A stretch of 64,000 nt of DNA from Chloroflexota bacterium. Lineage in GTDB: Bacteria > Chloroflexota > Dormibacteria > CF-121. Positions 44,277 to 54,775 of the stretch are shown here, in pieces. Both the position numbers and the translations under genes were made by a program. The stretch lies in assembly GCA_005889345.1 (NCBI GenBank), contig VBFR01000184.1, forward strand, positions 9,784 through 73,783, written 5' to 3'. The notes below the pieces were generated by a model. The model was not told the DNA's origin, made no database searches, and saw only the letters and a program-made list of their open reading frames with translations. Position 1 is the first letter of the stretch; each line of letters opens with the position of its first letter.

Positions 44277-45782
44277 GTGCTGGCCAGGGCCCTTTCCGGG
44301 ACGGTCTTCGGCCTCGATGGTGTCCGGGTTGAGGTGGAGGCGAACATCGCCGACGGTCTGCCCGGGTTCCACATCGTGGGACTCGGCGATCGCGCGCTCC
44401 AGGAGGCCCGCGAGCGCGTGAAGATCGCGATCAACAACAGCGGTTTCGAGTTTCCCGGCCGCAAAGTGACGATCAACCTCGCGCCGGCGCAGCTGCCGAA
44501 AGAGGGGAGTGGCTTCGACCTGGCGATGGCCGCCGCCATCGTCAACGCGTGCGAGGAGCGCGGCCTGCCGGGCGATGCCGCCTGGCTTGGTGAGCTCGCC
44601 CTGGACGGTACGTTGCGAGCCATCCGCGGAACGCTGGCGATCGTCGCCCATCTCGATCGACTCGGCGTGCGGCGCTTCTACGTGCCCAGCGGCAATGTCG
44701 CCGAGGCGAAGATCGCCACGGCCGCGACGGTGGTGGGCGTCGACCACCTGCGCCAGCTCAAAGCCCATTGGGAATCGGGCGCGCCACTCGAGGCGTCGTC
44801 AGACGCCCCGCCGCCGCCGGCCAATCCGCCATCGCACGTCGACCTGGCCGACATCCACGGTCAGCCCTACGCCAAGCGCGCCCTGGAGGTCGCGGCCGCC
44901 GGCGCGCATCATCTTTTATTGGTAGGTCCGCCGGGCACGGGTAAGACGCTCCTCGCCCGGGCGCTGCCGGGGATCCTACCTCCACTGAGCCGGCGCGAGG
45001 CGGTGGAGGTGACCTCGATCGCGTCCTGCGTGGGGATGCTGCCCGCCGGTGCCGGCCTGCTCGATGTGGCGCCCTTCCGGGCTCCCCACCACAGCATCTC
45101 GCCGGCGGCCCTGGTGGGCGGAGGCGGTGCGAATCCGCGACCCGGGGAGGTCACGCGCGCGCATCGCGGGGTGTTGTTCATGGATGAGATCACGGAGTTC
45201 CGACGGGATGCCCTCGAGGCGCTCCGGCAGCCGCTCGAGGAGGGACGCCTGGCGGTGGCGCGCTCACGCGGGCACGCCGTCCTCCCGGCTCGATTCATCC
45301 TGGTCGCCGCATCGAATCCGTGCCCCTGTGGCTTCGCCGGCGACCCGCGCCGACTGTGCCAGTGCACGCCGCTGGAGCGCCAGCGGTACCGCGCCCGGCT
45401 GTCGGGCCCGATCCGGGACCGAATCGATCTGCAGGTGATGGTGCCGCGGCAGGCGGCCGGCGAGCTGTTGCGGACCGTCGCGGTCGGCGAGTCCAGCGCC
45501 GCCGTGCGCGAGCGAGTGATGGAGGCGCGGGCTCACCAGCGGGGACGCCGCGCGCAGGGCCCCTGGAATGGGGCGTTGACCGGTCCGCAGCTCCGCCGCG
45601 ACGCCGCGCTGGATGCCCAGAGTCAGGGGCTGCTGGAGGCCGCGGCCGACCGGCTGCAGCTCAGCGGGAGGGCAGTCCACCGGGTGCAGCGCGTTGCTCG
45701 CACCATCGCCGACCTGGAGGGGTGCAGCGACATCGAGCAGGCGCACGTGGCCGAGGCGCTGCAGTACCGGGAGAGCGGCTGA
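44277..45782 (+). CDS. comM: YifB/ComM family Mg-chelatase-like AAA+ ATPase
   Basis: N-terminal Lon-protease-like domain (GLPGFHIVGL...EARERV), Walker A GPPGTGKT, and FMDEITEF. Confidence 0.93.
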   Translation: MLARALSGTVFGLDGVRVEVEANIADGLPGFHIVGLGDRALQEARERVKIAINNSGFEFPGRKVTINLAPAQLPKEGSGFDLAMAAAIVNACEERGLPGDAAWLGELALDGTLRAIRGTLAIVAHLDRLGVRRFYVPSGNVAEAKIATAATVVGVDHLRQLKAHWESGAPLEASSDAPPPPANPPSHVDLADIHGQPYAKRALEVAAAGAHHLLLVGPPGTGKTLLARALPGILPPLSRREAVEVTSIASCVGMLPAGAGLLDVAPFRAPHHSISPAALVGGGGANPRPGEVTRAHRGVLFMDEITEFRRDALEALRQPLEEGRLAVARSRGHAVLPARFILVAASNPCPCGFAGDPRRLCQCTPLERQRYRARLSGPIRDRIDLQVMVPRQAAGELLRTVAVGESSAAVRERVMEARAHQRGRRAQGPWNGALTGPQLRRDAALDAQSQGLLEAAADRLQLSGRAVHRVQRVARTIADLEGCSDIEQAHVAEALQYRESG

Positions 45783-45829
45783 CGGCCCCGACCCCGACTC
45801 TCCCCCGCGAGCGGGGGAAGGGTACCCGC

Positions 45830-46717
45830 GTGGTCTGGCTCGGTGATCCGGACTATCCGGCACTGCTCAAGCACATCCACGACCCACCGGCGCGACTCTT
45901 CGTCAAGGGACAGCTACCACCGGAGCCGATGATCGCGATCGTCGGCTCGCGGCACGCGACGCCCTACGGCCGGCGCACCGCCCATCGCCTGGCGCGCGAC
46001 CTGTCGGACGCCGGAGTGGTAGTGGTCAGCGGGTTGGCGCGCGGCATCGATGCGGCGGCGCATCGGGGCGCCCTGGAAGGGAAGAGTCCAACGGTTGCTG
46101 TGATGGCGACCGGACTGGACCGCGTCTATCCGCCCGAACACGCCGAGCTCGCTCAAGCCATTGCCGCGTCCGGTGCCGTCATCACCGAGGCCGAGAACGG
46201 GACGCTGCCGCTGCCCGGTCGGTTTCCGGTGCGCAACCGGATCATCAGCGGCGTCAGCCTCGGCATCGTGGTGGTTGAAGCGGCGCAGCGAAGTGGCGCG
46301 CTGATCACGGCGCGCATGGCGGGCGAGCAAGGACGGGAGGTCTTCTGCGTCCCGGGGAGTATCGAGAACCCACTGGCGATCGGCGGTCATCAGCTCATCA
46401 AAGACGGCGCAAAACTCGTGCAAACCGTCGAGGACGTGCTGGAGGAGTTTCCCGCGCTCGCGCGCGCACGCGCGCGAGCGCAGGCGCGTGTACACGCGCA
46501 CACGCGTGCGCGTACGCGCGCGGATTCAGCACCGCAAGAACCGGAACTCTTTGCCGTTTGGGAATTGCTTGATTGGGTAGAACCGCGCCATCATGATGAA
46601 TTGGCGGTCATGATGAACCTTGACGTCAAGGAAGTGAGTCGGCGCTTGACATTGTTGGAAATGAGCGGCTATATAATCGGCGACTGCGGGTCGGTCACCC
46701 GCTCTTCTCGAGCCTGA
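45830..46717 (+). CDS. dprA: DNA-processing protein DprA (Rossmann-like domain + C-terminal winged helix)
   Basis: Contains YPALLKHIHDPPARLFVKG, IVGSRHATPYG, SGLARGIDAAAHRGAL and FP.RNRIISGLS. The start is uncertain: GTG 45830, or CTG 45779 overlapping the comM TGA. The track start 45320 lies inside comM. Confidence 0.9.
   Translation: MVWLGDPDYPALLKHIHDPPARLFVKGQLPPEPMIAIVGSRHATPYGRRTAHRLARDLSDAGVVVVSGLARGIDAAAHRGALEGKSPTVAVMATGLDRVYPPEHAELAQAIAASGAVITEAENGTLPLPGRFPVRNRIISGVSLGIVVVEAAQRSGALITARMAGEQGREVFCVPGSIENPLAIGGHQLIKDGAKLVQTVEDVLEEFPALARARARAQARVHAHTRARTRADSAPQEPELFAVWELLDWVEPRHHDELAVMMNLDVKEVSRRLTLLEMSGYIIGDCGSVTRSSRA
46453..46523. repeat. Alternating purine-pyrimidine (CG/CA/TG) low-complexity tract inside dprA
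   Basis: 46484-46522 is a perfect 39-nt Pu/Py alternation and 46459-46476 is another 18 nt. Contains palindromes GCGCGTGTACACGCGC (46484-46499) and GCGCGTACGCGC (46508-46519). Encodes ALARARARAQARVHAHTRARTRA. Confidence 0.85.
46646..46677 (+). promoter_or_regulatory. Possible topA promoter inside the dprA 3' end
   Basis: Perfect TTGACA (46646-46651) and TATAAT (46672-46677), but the spacer is long at 20 nt. It lies about 40 nt upstream of the topA ATG. Confidence 0.3.
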
Positions 46718-46718
46718 C

Positions 46719-49049
46719 ATGGCAAACCCACTGATCATCGTTGAATCCCCTGCGAAGGCCAAGACGCTTGGCCGGTTTCTTGGTGCCAAGTACGACATTC
46801 GCGCCTCGATGGGTCACGTGCGCGATTTGCCCAAGAGCACCCTGGGAATCGACATCGAGCATTCCTTCAAGCCGGAATACGTGACGATTCCGGGAAAGGA
46901 ATCGACGATCAAAGATTTGAAGGCCGCCGCCAAGGGAGCATCTGAAATCCTCCTGGCCTCGGACCCAGACCGCGAAGGTGAGGCGATCGCCTGGCATCTC
47001 GCGCACGTCCTCAACCTGAAGGACCCACGCCGGATCGAGTTGCACGAGATCACGCCGACTGCAGTCGAGAAGGCGCTCAACGCGCTGCGTCCGATGAACC
47101 AGGATCTCGTCGACGCGCAGCAGGCTCGCCGCGTGATCGACCGGCTGGTCGGCTACAAGCTGAGCCCGCTGCTCTGGAAGAAGATTCGAAAGGGCCTCAG
47201 CGCCGGCCGCGTGCAATCCGTCGCGGTCCGTCTGGTGTGCGAGCGGGAAGAGGAGATCGAGAAGTTCGTTCCGGTCGAATCCTGGACGCTCGACGCGATG
47301 CTCTCCAAGATCGATCTTCCACAGCGCATCTTCGCCGCCCGCCTGCACAGCAAGCAGGGCAGCGACGAGAAGCTCGAGTTGGCCGAAGAGGGCCAGGTCA
47401 ATGCGATCGTCGCGCAACTCGAGGGGGCCAGCTACAAGGTGCTGTCGATCGAGACCAAGGACAGCACACGAAATGCGCCGCCACCCTACAAGACCAGCAC
47501 CCTCCAACAGGACGCCTCGAACCGGCTGCGGATGAAGCCGAACCGGACGATGAGCCTCGCGCAGCAGCTCTACGAAGGCGTCGAGCTCGGCAGCCAGGGA
47601 CCGACTGGCTTGATCACCTACATGCGTACCGATTCCTTCCGCATCTCCGACGACGCGAGCACGGCAGCGCGACGCTTCATCACCGACCAGTACGGGCCGA
47701 CCTACGCCCGCCGCGACAAGGTGGAGTTCAAGGCGAAGGGCCCGGTCCAAGATGCGCACGAGGCGATCCGGCCGACCGACGTCGAACGCACACCGGACTC
47801 GGTCCGCGCATTTCTCACGCCCGACTTGCTCCGGTTGTACCGGCTCATCTGGCAACGCTTCACGGCCAGCCAGATGTCTCCGGCGCGCTTTGCCCAGACG
47901 CGGGTCGACATCGGCGCTGCGGACTACGTGTTCCGGGCGAACGGCTCGGTGCTGGTCTTCGACGGCTTCTATCGCGTCTGGGAGCGCGACAGCGACAACG
48001 ACGAGGAGAAGGAGCTGCCGGCGCTCGCCGCTGAGGAGGCGCTCAACCTGCGGGAGCTAAAGCCGGAACAGCACTTCACGCAGCCGCCGCCGCGCTACAC
48101 GGAAGCCTCCTTGATCAAGGCCCTCGAGGAGCTGGGGGTGGGCCGGCCGAGCACCTTCGCACCAACCGTCGAGGTCATCCAGACGCGCCATTACGTCAAG
48201 CAGGAAGAGCGCCGGCTGTCCCCAACCGACCTCGGCAAAACCGTCAATGCCTGGTTGGTCGAGCACTTCCCGGAAATCGTCGACGTAACGTTCACCGCCG
48301 GCATGGAGGAGGAGCTCGACGACGTCGAGGAAGGGCGCCGCAAATGGGTGCCGATCGTTCGCGAGTTCTACGCGCCCTTCTCCAAGACGCTGACCAAGGC
48401 CGAGGCCACGGCGCGCGTCAAGGTGCCGATGCGCGAAACCGGCGAGGACTGTCCCAAGTGCAAGGAGGAAGGGCGCAACGGCCGTCTCGTCTACCGCATG
48501 AGCAAGCTGGGAGAGTTCGTCGGCTGCTCGCTCTACCCCGAGTGCGATTACATCCAGGGCCGCGAGGGCCAGGAGAAGGCGCCGCCGCCGGAGCCCACCG
48601 GCGAGATGTGCCCGAAATGCGGCAAGCCGCTCGTCAACCGCACCGGAAAGCGCGGACCCTTTGTCGCGTGCTCCGGCTATCCGAAGTGCCGCTACGTGAA
48701 GCGCGAGATCAACCCGGCCGACGTCGTCGAAGGCCGCGTCTGCCCCAACTGTGGCAAGCCGCTCCTCAACCGCAAGGGGCGCTTCGGCAGCTTCGTCGGT
48801 TGCTCCGGATATCCCGACTGTCGCTTCATCGAAGGTGGCAAGCGGGTGGTCACGCCGCCCGCTGCCAGCGAGCTCCTGATGGACGATCCCTGCCCGCGAT
48901 GCGGAAAGCCGCAGGTGCTGCGCCAGGGAAAGTATGGGGAGTTCAAGAGCTGCTCCGACTATCCCGCTTGCAAACCGGAGCGGGCCGCCCGTACCAGCGC
49001 CCGGCCCCGCGGCCCGCGCACCAAGAAGCCGACCGTTCCCGCGGCCTGA
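46719..49049 (+). CDS. topA: DNA topoisomerase I with four C-terminal C4 zinc ribbons
   Basis: TOPRIM region LIIVESPAKAKT and SDPDREGEAI. Active-site region LITYMRTDS. Four repeats of CP.CG.P...R.G..G.F..CS.YP.C. Confidence 0.96.
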   Translation: MANPLIIVESPAKAKTLGRFLGAKYDIRASMGHVRDLPKSTLGIDIEHSFKPEYVTIPGKESTIKDLKAAAKGASEILLASDPDREGEAIAWHLAHVLNLKDPRRIELHEITPTAVEKALNALRPMNQDLVDAQQARRVIDRLVGYKLSPLLWKKIRKGLSAGRVQSVAVRLVCEREEEIEKFVPVESWTLDAMLSKIDLPQRIFAARLHSKQGSDEKLELAEEGQVNAIVAQLEGASYKVLSIETKDSTRNAPPPYKTSTLQQDASNRLRMKPNRTMSLAQQLYEGVELGSQGPTGLITYMRTDSFRISDDASTAARRFITDQYGPTYARRDKVEFKAKGPVQDAHEAIRPTDVERTPDSVRAFLTPDLLRLYRLIWQRFTASQMSPARFAQTRVDIGAADYVFRANGSVLVFDGFYRVWERDSDNDEEKELPALAAEEALNLRELKPEQHFTQPPPRYTEASLIKALEELGVGRPSTFAPTVEVIQTRHYVKQEERRLSPTDLGKTVNAWLVEHFPEIVDVTFTAGMEEELDDVEEGRRKWVPIVREFYAPFSKTLTKAEATARVKVPMRETGEDCPKCKEEGRNGRLVYRMSKLGEFVGCSLYPECDYIQGREGQEKAPPPEPTGEMCPKCGKPLVNRTGKRGPFVACSGYPKCRYVKREINPADVVEGRVCPNCGKPLLNRKGRFGSFVGCSGYPDCRFIEGGKRVVTPPAASELLMDDPCPRCGKPQVLRQGKYGEFKSCSDYPACKPERAARTSARPRGPRTKKPTVPAA

Positions 49050-49077
49050 CCCGGGTTTCAACCTCGCACGCAGCGGC

Positions 49078-49083
49078 TATACT
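49078..49083 (+). promoter_or_regulatory. -10 box TATACT upstream of a roughly 100-nt rpsB leader
   Basis: TATACT at 49078. AGGAGG at 49172-49177 lies 11 nt before ATG 49189. Confidence 0.3.
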
Positions 49084-49188
49084 TTGGCCAGCAAATAAGC
49101 ACGTCTCTCGACGGCCACGGGTTGCCTGAGCACAGGTCCGCCGGCCGGATGACGGAGGCGGAAGTAGAAACAGGAGGTTCGTTTTCGC

Positions 49189-50025
49189 ATGCCACTCGTG
49201 ACGCTCAAGCAACTCCTCGAGGCTGGTGTCCATTTCGGCCATCAGACCAGCCGCTGGAATCCGAAGATGAAGCGGTACATTTTCACCGCTCGCAACGGAA
49301 TCCACATCATCGACCTCCAGCAGACGGTCAAGCTGCTGGACGACGCTTCCAACTGGGTCAAGGAGGTTGTCGGTGGCGGCCGGTTGGTGCTCTTCATCGG
49401 CACCAAGAAACAGGCCCAGGAATCGATCGAGCTGGAAGCCCGCCGGTCGGGTATGCCCTTCGTCAACCACCGCTGGATGGGCGGGATGCTGACCAACTTC
49501 ACCGTGATGCGGCGCCAGATCGAGCGCCTCAACAGCCTCCGGGCCATCCGTAACAACGGCGGATTCACCGGCAGCAAGAAGGCGATCACCCAGCTCGAAG
49601 AGGAATACCAGCGGCTCGAGCGATTCTTCGGCGGCATGGCGGAGATGAAGCGGCTCCCCGGAGCCGTCTACGTCGTCGACCCACGCAAGGAGCACATCGC
49701 CATCACCGAAGCTCGCAAGCTCGGTATCCCGGTCGTCGCCATTACGGACTCCAACTGCGATCCGGACGAGATCGACCACGTCATCCCCGGGAACGACGAC
49801 GCCATCCGTGCCGTCAAATTGATCACCTCGAAGATTGCCGACGCCGCCCTCGAGGCGCGCCAGCTGATCAGCCCCGAGGAACTCACGGCCGCACCCGAGG
49901 TACCGGTCACCGAGTTCGAATTTGGTGCCGAAGAAGAGGAAGAAGAGGAAAAGAGCTTTGCCGGAATGCCAACCGTCAACGAGGCCGAGTTCTACGAGGA
50001 CGAAGCGCTGGACGACGAGAAATAG
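49189..50025 (+). CDS. rpsB: 30S ribosomal protein S2 (acidic C-terminal tail)
   Basis: Contains [32 protein letters not shown] and [12 protein letters not shown]. Confidence 0.96.
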   Translation: MPLVTLKQLLEAGVHFGHQTSRWNPKMKRYIFTARNGIHIIDLQQTVKLLDDASNWVKEVVGGGRLVLFIGTKKQAQESIELEARRSGMPFVNHRWMGGMLTNFTVMRRQIERLNSLRAIRNNGGFTGSKKAITQLEEEYQRLERFFGGMAEMKRLPGAVYVVDPRKEHIAITEARKLGIPVVAITDSNCDPDEIDHVIPGNDDAIRAVKLITSKIADAALEARQLISPEELTAAPEVPVTEFEFGAEEEEEEEKSFAGMPTVNEAEFYEDEALDDEK

Positions 50026-50027
50026 CC

Positions 50028-50627
50028 GTGGCTATTTCAGCAGACCAGGTCAAGGCGCTTCGCGACGCGACCGGCGCGGGGATGATGGACTCCAAGCGCG
50101 CCCTCGAAGCGACCAACGGCGACCTCGAGAAGGCCAAAGACTGGCTGCGCCAGAAAGGCATGGCCAAGGCCGGCGCCAAGGCGACGCGAACGGCACGCGA
50201 GGGCATCATCGCCACCTACGTCCATCACAATCACCAGCTGGGCGTTCTCCTGGAACTGAACAGCGAAAGCGACTTCGTCGCCCGCAACGACGAGTTCCGC
50301 CACCTGGCGCATGAGATCGCGGTCCACATCGCGGCCGCGGAACCGAAGTATCTCCGGCGCGAGGATGTGCCCCAGGACGTCCTCGACCGAGAGCGCGCCA
50401 TCTTCGAGGGCCAGGCGAAGGATCAGAAGAAGCCGGAGGCCGTGATCGAGAAGATCATCCAGGGCAAGATGAACGACTTCTACAAGCGCGAGGTCCTGCT
50501 CGACCAGGCGTGGGCCAAGGACGACAAGCGGACGGTGGACCAGATGCTCAAAGAGGCGATCGCGAAACTTGGCGAGAACATAACGATTTCCCGGTTTGCG
50601 CGTTTCAAGGTCGGAGAAGCCAGCTAG
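50028..50627 (+). CDS. tsf: Elongation factor Ts
   Basis: GTG start. Contains [20 protein letters not shown]...GDLEKA..WLR.KG and [12 protein letters not shown]. Confidence 0.95.
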   Translation: MAISADQVKALRDATGAGMMDSKRALEATNGDLEKAKDWLRQKGMAKAGAKATRTAREGIIATYVHHNHQLGVLLELNSESDFVARNDEFRHLAHEIAVHIAAAEPKYLRREDVPQDVLDRERAIFEGQAKDQKKPEAVIEKIIQGKMNDFYKREVLLDQAWAKDDKRTVDQMLKEAIAKLGENITISRFARFKVGEAS

Positions 50628-50644
50628 TCCAACCTGTTCATGCA

Positions 50645-51382
50645 GTGATCAAACCGTCGGCTCTGCCGCGCTACAATCGGGTGCTCCTCAAGCTGGGAGG
50701 CGAGGGACTCGCCGGCAAGGCGGTCTTCGGCATCGATCCCGATGTCGTCAGCGACATCGCAGAGGACATCATCGCGGTGAAGTCCAAGTACAACACCCAG
50801 TTCGCGATCGTGGTGGGTGGCGGCAACATCATCCGCGGCGACGCGGCGAGCAAGCGCGGCATGGACCGCGTCACCGCGGACTACATGGGCATGCTCGGCA
50901 CCGTGATCAATGCGCTGGCGCTGCAGGACGCGTTGGAGAATCGGGGCCAGCCGACCCGAGTCCAGACCGCCATCAGCATGCACCAGATCGCCGAGCCCTA
51001 TATCCGCCGGCGCGCGGTGCGGCACCTCGAGAAGGGCCGCGTCGTCATCCTCGCGGCCGGCAGCGGCAACCCCTACTTCAGCACCGACACGACCGCCGCC
51101 CTGCGCGCGGTGGAAATCGAAGCCGAGGTCGTGCTCAAGGCGACCAAAGTCGATGGCATCTACGATGCCGATCCGGTCACCAATCCAAAGGCCAAGCGGT
51201 TCGCGCGCCTCGACTACCTCGATCTGATCAACAAAGACCTGCGCGTGATGGATCACACCGCGGTCACCCTCTGCCGCGAGAACAAGATCCCGATCATCGT
51301 CTTCGACCTATCGCATGGCGGCAACCTGGAAGGCGTGGTAGCGGGCAAGCCGATCGGCACGTTGGTGGGGCCGCCTGAATGA
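50645..51382 (+). CDS. pyrH: UMP kinase
   Basis: GTG 50645 gives [20 protein letters not shown]. Contains [23 protein letters not shown] and [13 protein letters not shown]. The track ORF start 50510 is inside tsf. Confidence 0.94.
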   Translation: MIKPSALPRYNRVLLKLGGEGLAGKAVFGIDPDVVSDIAEDIIAVKSKYNTQFAIVVGGGNIIRGDAASKRGMDRVTADYMGMLGTVINALALQDALENRGQPTRVQTAISMHQIAEPYIRRRAVRHLEKGRVVILAAGSGNPYFSTDTTAALRAVEIEAEVVLKATKVDGIYDADPVTNPKAKRFARLDYLDLINKDLRVMDHTAVTLCRENKIPIIVFDLSHGGNLEGVVAGKPIGTLVGPPE

Positions 51383-51936
51383 TCGAAGCCAATGTCAAGG
51401 ATGCCGAGACCAAAATGCAGAAGAGCCTGGACGCCCTCGCCAAAGAAATCCTCACGATTCGGACCGGGCGAGCCAGCCCGGCGCTGGTCGACAAGATTCC
51501 GGTCGAGTACTACGGCAATCCGACGCCCTTGAACCAGCTCGCGACCATCACGGTTCCCGAGGCGCGCATGATCATCATTCAGCCCTGGGACCGGACGATC
51601 ATCGGCGCGGTCGAGAAGGCAATCCAGAAATCCGAGCTCGGCTTGAACCCGGGTAATGACGGCCAGCTGATCCGTGTCCCGATTCCGCCCCTCAACGAGG
51701 AGCGGCGCCGCGAGTACGCGCGACTGGTGAAACGCTATGCGGAGGGAGCGCACGTCGCGATTCGCAACATCCGGCGCGAGCAGATGGATCGCATCAAGGC
51801 GTTGGAGAAGGAGAAAAAGATCTCGGCCGACGAGGCCCGGCGCGGGGGCGACCAGCTGCAGAAGGTCGCTGACCGCTACATCGGCCTGGTCGACCAGATG
51901 GCCGCCCGCAAGGAAGCCGAGATCATGGAGGTCTAA
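51379..51936 (+). CDS. frr: Ribosome recycling factor
   Basis: ATGA overlap with pyrH. Contains [24 protein letters not shown] and NEERRRE. Confidence 0.95.
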   Translation: MIEANVKDAETKMQKSLDALAKEILTIRTGRASPALVDKIPVEYYGNPTPLNQLATITVPEARMIIIQPWDRTIIGAVEKAIQKSELGLNPGNDGQLIRVPIPPLNEERRREYARLVKRYAEGAHVAIRNIRREQMDRIKALEKEKKISADEARRGGDQLQKVADRYIGLVDQMAARKEAEIMEV

Positions 51937-51952
51937 CCCCCCAGAACCACCG

Positions 51953-52675
51953 GTGAGCCAGTTGCCCCCGCCCGAACACGTCGCGATCATCATGGACGGC
52001 AACAGCCGCTGGGCCCGTGAGCGCTTGCTGCCGCGGGTCATGGGGCACAAGGCCGGGATCGAGACCATCCGTCGTGTCGCGGAATCCGCGGATCGGCGCG
52101 GCGTCCGCGTCCTGACGCTTTACGCCTTCTCAACGGAGAATTGGTCGCGGCCCCGGGATGAGGTCGATGCCTTGATGAGCCTGTTCTCGGAGACCATCCG
52201 GCGTGAGGTGGACGAACTGGCACGCCGTGGTATCGAGCTGCGCTTCTCCGGGCGGCTGCAGGAACTGTCGCCTTCGCTTCAGGACCAGATGCGGCAGGCC
52301 AGCGAGCGAACGCGGGTCAACGCCCGAGCGATTCTCAACATCGCCATCAACTACGGCGGCCGGCAGGAGATCATCGACGCCATCCGGGAGCTGGCGCGGG
52401 AGGGCGCCGACCTGAGCCAGCTCGAGGATGCTACCCTGGCGAGCCACCTCTACACGCGGGGTCTGCCCGATCCGGACCTGGTGGTTCGCACCGCCGGCGA
52501 GATGCGCCTCAGCAACTTCCTGCTGTGGCAGACGGCATACTCGGAGTTCTACAGCACCCAGACGCTGTGGCCCGATTTTGCCGATGCCGACTTCGATGAG
52601 GCGATCGCGTCATACCAGCGGCGCGTTCGCCGCTTTGGCGCGCGCCCCGAGGAGGTCCCCCATCGAGGTCGCTGA
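51953..52675 (+). CDS. uppS: Undecaprenyl (isoprenyl) diphosphate synthase
   Basis: GTG 51953 gives VSQLPPPEHVAIIMDGNSRWA. Contains LTLYAFSTENW.RP, RTAGEMRLSNFLLWQ.AYSEF. Confidence 0.93.
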   Translation: MSQLPPPEHVAIIMDGNSRWARERLLPRVMGHKAGIETIRRVAESADRRGVRVLTLYAFSTENWSRPRDEVDALMSLFSETIRREVDELARRGIELRFSGRLQELSPSLQDQMRQASERTRVNARAILNIAINYGGRQEIIDAIRELAREGADLSQLEDATLASHLYTRGLPDPDLVVRTAGEMRLSNFLLWQTAYSEFYSTQTLWPDFADADFDEAIASYQRRVRRFGARPEEVPHRGR

Positions 52676-52724
52676 TGCGACCAAGCCCGCGGAGCCGCCC
52701 CTAGCCGCACCGCGACGCTCGAAC

Positions 52725-53531
52725 ATGGTGGTCCGGATCGCGACCGCCGCGGTGCTCATCGCGGTGGTGCTCGCGGTGCTCATCCTGGGCTCGGTCTGGG
52801 TTTACGCCGCGATCGCGGTGATCCTCGGCGCGGCGCTGATCGAGTACTGGAACCTGACCCGCGCCATGGCCGCGCCCGCGCCGCTGTGGCTGCTGTTCCC
52901 GCTCAGCTATGCGCTGCTCCTGCGGGAACGGTTGCCTTCCTGGGCCGACGTCGGGTTCCTGCTGGCGGCCGCGACGGTACTCGGACTTGGCACGCTGGTG
53001 TTCGTTCGCGACTGGCGGGCCAGCCTGACCCGCTGGGCGCTTGCGGTCGGCGGAAGCCTCTACCTGGCGTTTACCCTGAGCTTCTACCTCTCGCTCTACT
53101 TCTTACATCGTCCCGATCCCAATCACCTGGGGTTCGGCTATGTGATCGCCGTCTTCGGGGCGATCTGGGTCGGCGACACGGCCGCCATGGTCACCGGCCT
53201 GCGCTTCGGCCGGCACCGATTCTTTTCCCGAATCAGCCCCAAGAAGACCGTAGAGGGGGCGGTCGCGGAACTTCTCGCCAGCACGGTGTTCTTCGGCATC
53301 GTTGGCCTGTTTCTCAACATCAGCTTCCCTCACAACGTGATCATCGGGCTGCTGATCGGCGCCTTCGCCGAGGTGGGGGACCTGGTGGAATCGCAGATCA
53401 AACGGACTGCCGGTGTCAAGGATGCGAGCCAGCTGATCCCGGGTCACGGTGGCGTGCTCGACCGAATTGATTCGCTCCTGCTCGTGGGAGTGGTCGTGTA
53501 CTATTACGTGACGTTTCTGCACCTCGCCTAG
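52725..53531 (+). CDS. cdsA: Phosphatidate cytidylyltransferase
   Basis: Polytopic membrane protein. C-terminal signature SQIKRTAGVKDASQLIPGHGGVLDRIDSLL. Internal ATG of track ORF 52428..53531. Confidence 0.9.
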   Translation: MVVRIATAAVLIAVVLAVLILGSVWVYAAIAVILGAALIEYWNLTRAMAAPAPLWLLFPLSYALLLRERLPSWADVGFLLAAATVLGLGTLVFVRDWRASLTRWALAVGGSLYLAFTLSFYLSLYFLHRPDPNHLGFGYVIAVFGAIWVGDTAAMVTGLRFGRHRFFSRISPKKTVEGAVAELLASTVFFGIVGLFLNISFPHNVIIGLLIGAFAEVGDLVESQIKRTAGVKDASQLIPGHGGVLDRIDSLLLVGVVVYYYVTFLHLA

Positions 53532-53608
53532 GCCGGTCGGGTGCATGACTCAGGTAGACAACGCGTTTGAGCTGATGCGGGAACATCCCGCCCAACCTGA
53601 CTAAAGCC

Positions 53609-54775
53609 ATGAGATCCCCTCGTCCGTCGCCCCGGCGCCTGGCGCTGCTCGGTGCCACCGGGTCGATCGGCCGGCAGGTCTGCGACCTGGTCGAACGGCA
53701 TCCCGACCGTTTTGCTCTCCACGCGCTCATCGCCGGGAGCGATGCGGCCGCGTTGCATGCGCTGGCTCGACGTCATCCGGAAGCCCACGCCTTGCTGGCG
53801 CATCCCGCCGATGCTCACGGCGGCGATGCGGCGCGCGCGATCGACGACGCGGTGCGTGACCCCGAGGTCGATCTCGTGATCATCGCCGCCGCCGGCAGTG
53901 CCGCACTGGCCCCAACCCTGGCCGCCCTCGAGGCCGGCAAGGACATCGCGCTGGCGACCAAAGAAGTCCTCGTGATGGCAGGGGAGCTAGTGCGTGAACG
54001 GATGCGGCGGCACGGATCCCAGATCTTTCCCATCGACAGCGAGCACAGTGCGATCTGGCAATGCCTCTGGGGCGAGAAGGAGAGCAGTATCCGCCGCCTG
54101 ATCCTGACCGGCTCGGGTGGTCCCTTCCTGCGGCGGCCGGTTGAGACGCTGGAGAGCGTGACGGTAGCCGAGGCGCTCGCCCATCCCCGCTGGAAGATGG
54201 GTCCGAAGATCAGCGTCGACTCGGCCACGATGATGAACAAAGGTCTCGAGGTGATCGAGGCGCACTTCCTCTTCGATGTCCCCTACAGCGGCATCGATGT
54301 CATCGTGCACCCGCAGAGTGTGGTCCACTCGATGGTCGAGTTCGTCGACGGCAGCATCAAGGCGCAGCTAGGCGTTCCCGATATGCACCTGCCGATCGCC
54401 ATCGCGCTCAGCTTTCCCGACCGGCTCGAAGGCGTGGCGCCGGCACCCGATCTGGCGACCCTCGGCCAGCTCTCTTTCGAAGGCCTCGACGCGGTGCGCT
54501 ACCCGGCGGTCGCGCTGGCTCGCGAAGCGGGGGAACGCGGAGGCACCGCTCCCGCCGTGCTGAATGCGGCCAACGAGGAAGCCGTCGCGCTCTTCCTCCA
54601 GGGACAGCGCCGATTCGTCGATATCGTTCCCTCGGTCGCTCGCGCGCTCGAGGCTGCCGAACCCGCCGAGGACTTGTCGCTGGATGCCCTGATCGCCGCG
54701 GACCGCCGGGCGCGCGCCCATGTCCGGGCCGCCTCCAAGGGAGCCACCCGGCTCTGGAGCCAGCTGCCCGCATGA
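53609..54775 (+). CDS. dxr: 1-deoxy-D-xylulose 5-phosphate reductoisomerase
   Basis: Contains [39 protein letters not shown] and NKGLEVIEA. Confidence 0.95.
   Translation: MRSPRPSPRRLALLGATGSIGRQVCDLVERHPDRFALHALIAGSDAAALHALARRHPEAHALLAHPADAHGGDAARAIDDAVRDPEVDLVIIAAAGSAALAPTLAALEAGKDIALATKEVLVMAGELVRERMRRHGSQIFPIDSEHSAIWQCLWGEKESSIRRLILTGSGGPFLRRPVETLESVTVAEALAHPRWKMGPKISVDSATMMNKGLEVIEAHFLFDVPYSGIDVIVHPQSVVHSMVEFVDGSIKAQLGVPDMHLPIAIALSFPDRLEGVAPAPDLATLGQLSFEGLDAVRYPAVALAREAGERGGTAPAVLNAANEEAVALFLQGQRRFVDIVPSVARALEAAEPAEDLSLDALIAADRRARAHVRAASKGATRLWSQLPA

Noticed and set aside
45320-45778. The upstream 150 or so codons of track ORF 45320..46717 (dprA extended)
   Set aside because: This part overlaps comM out of frame and gives an Arg/Ala/Gly/Pro low-complexity product. 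DprA homology begins only near 45830.
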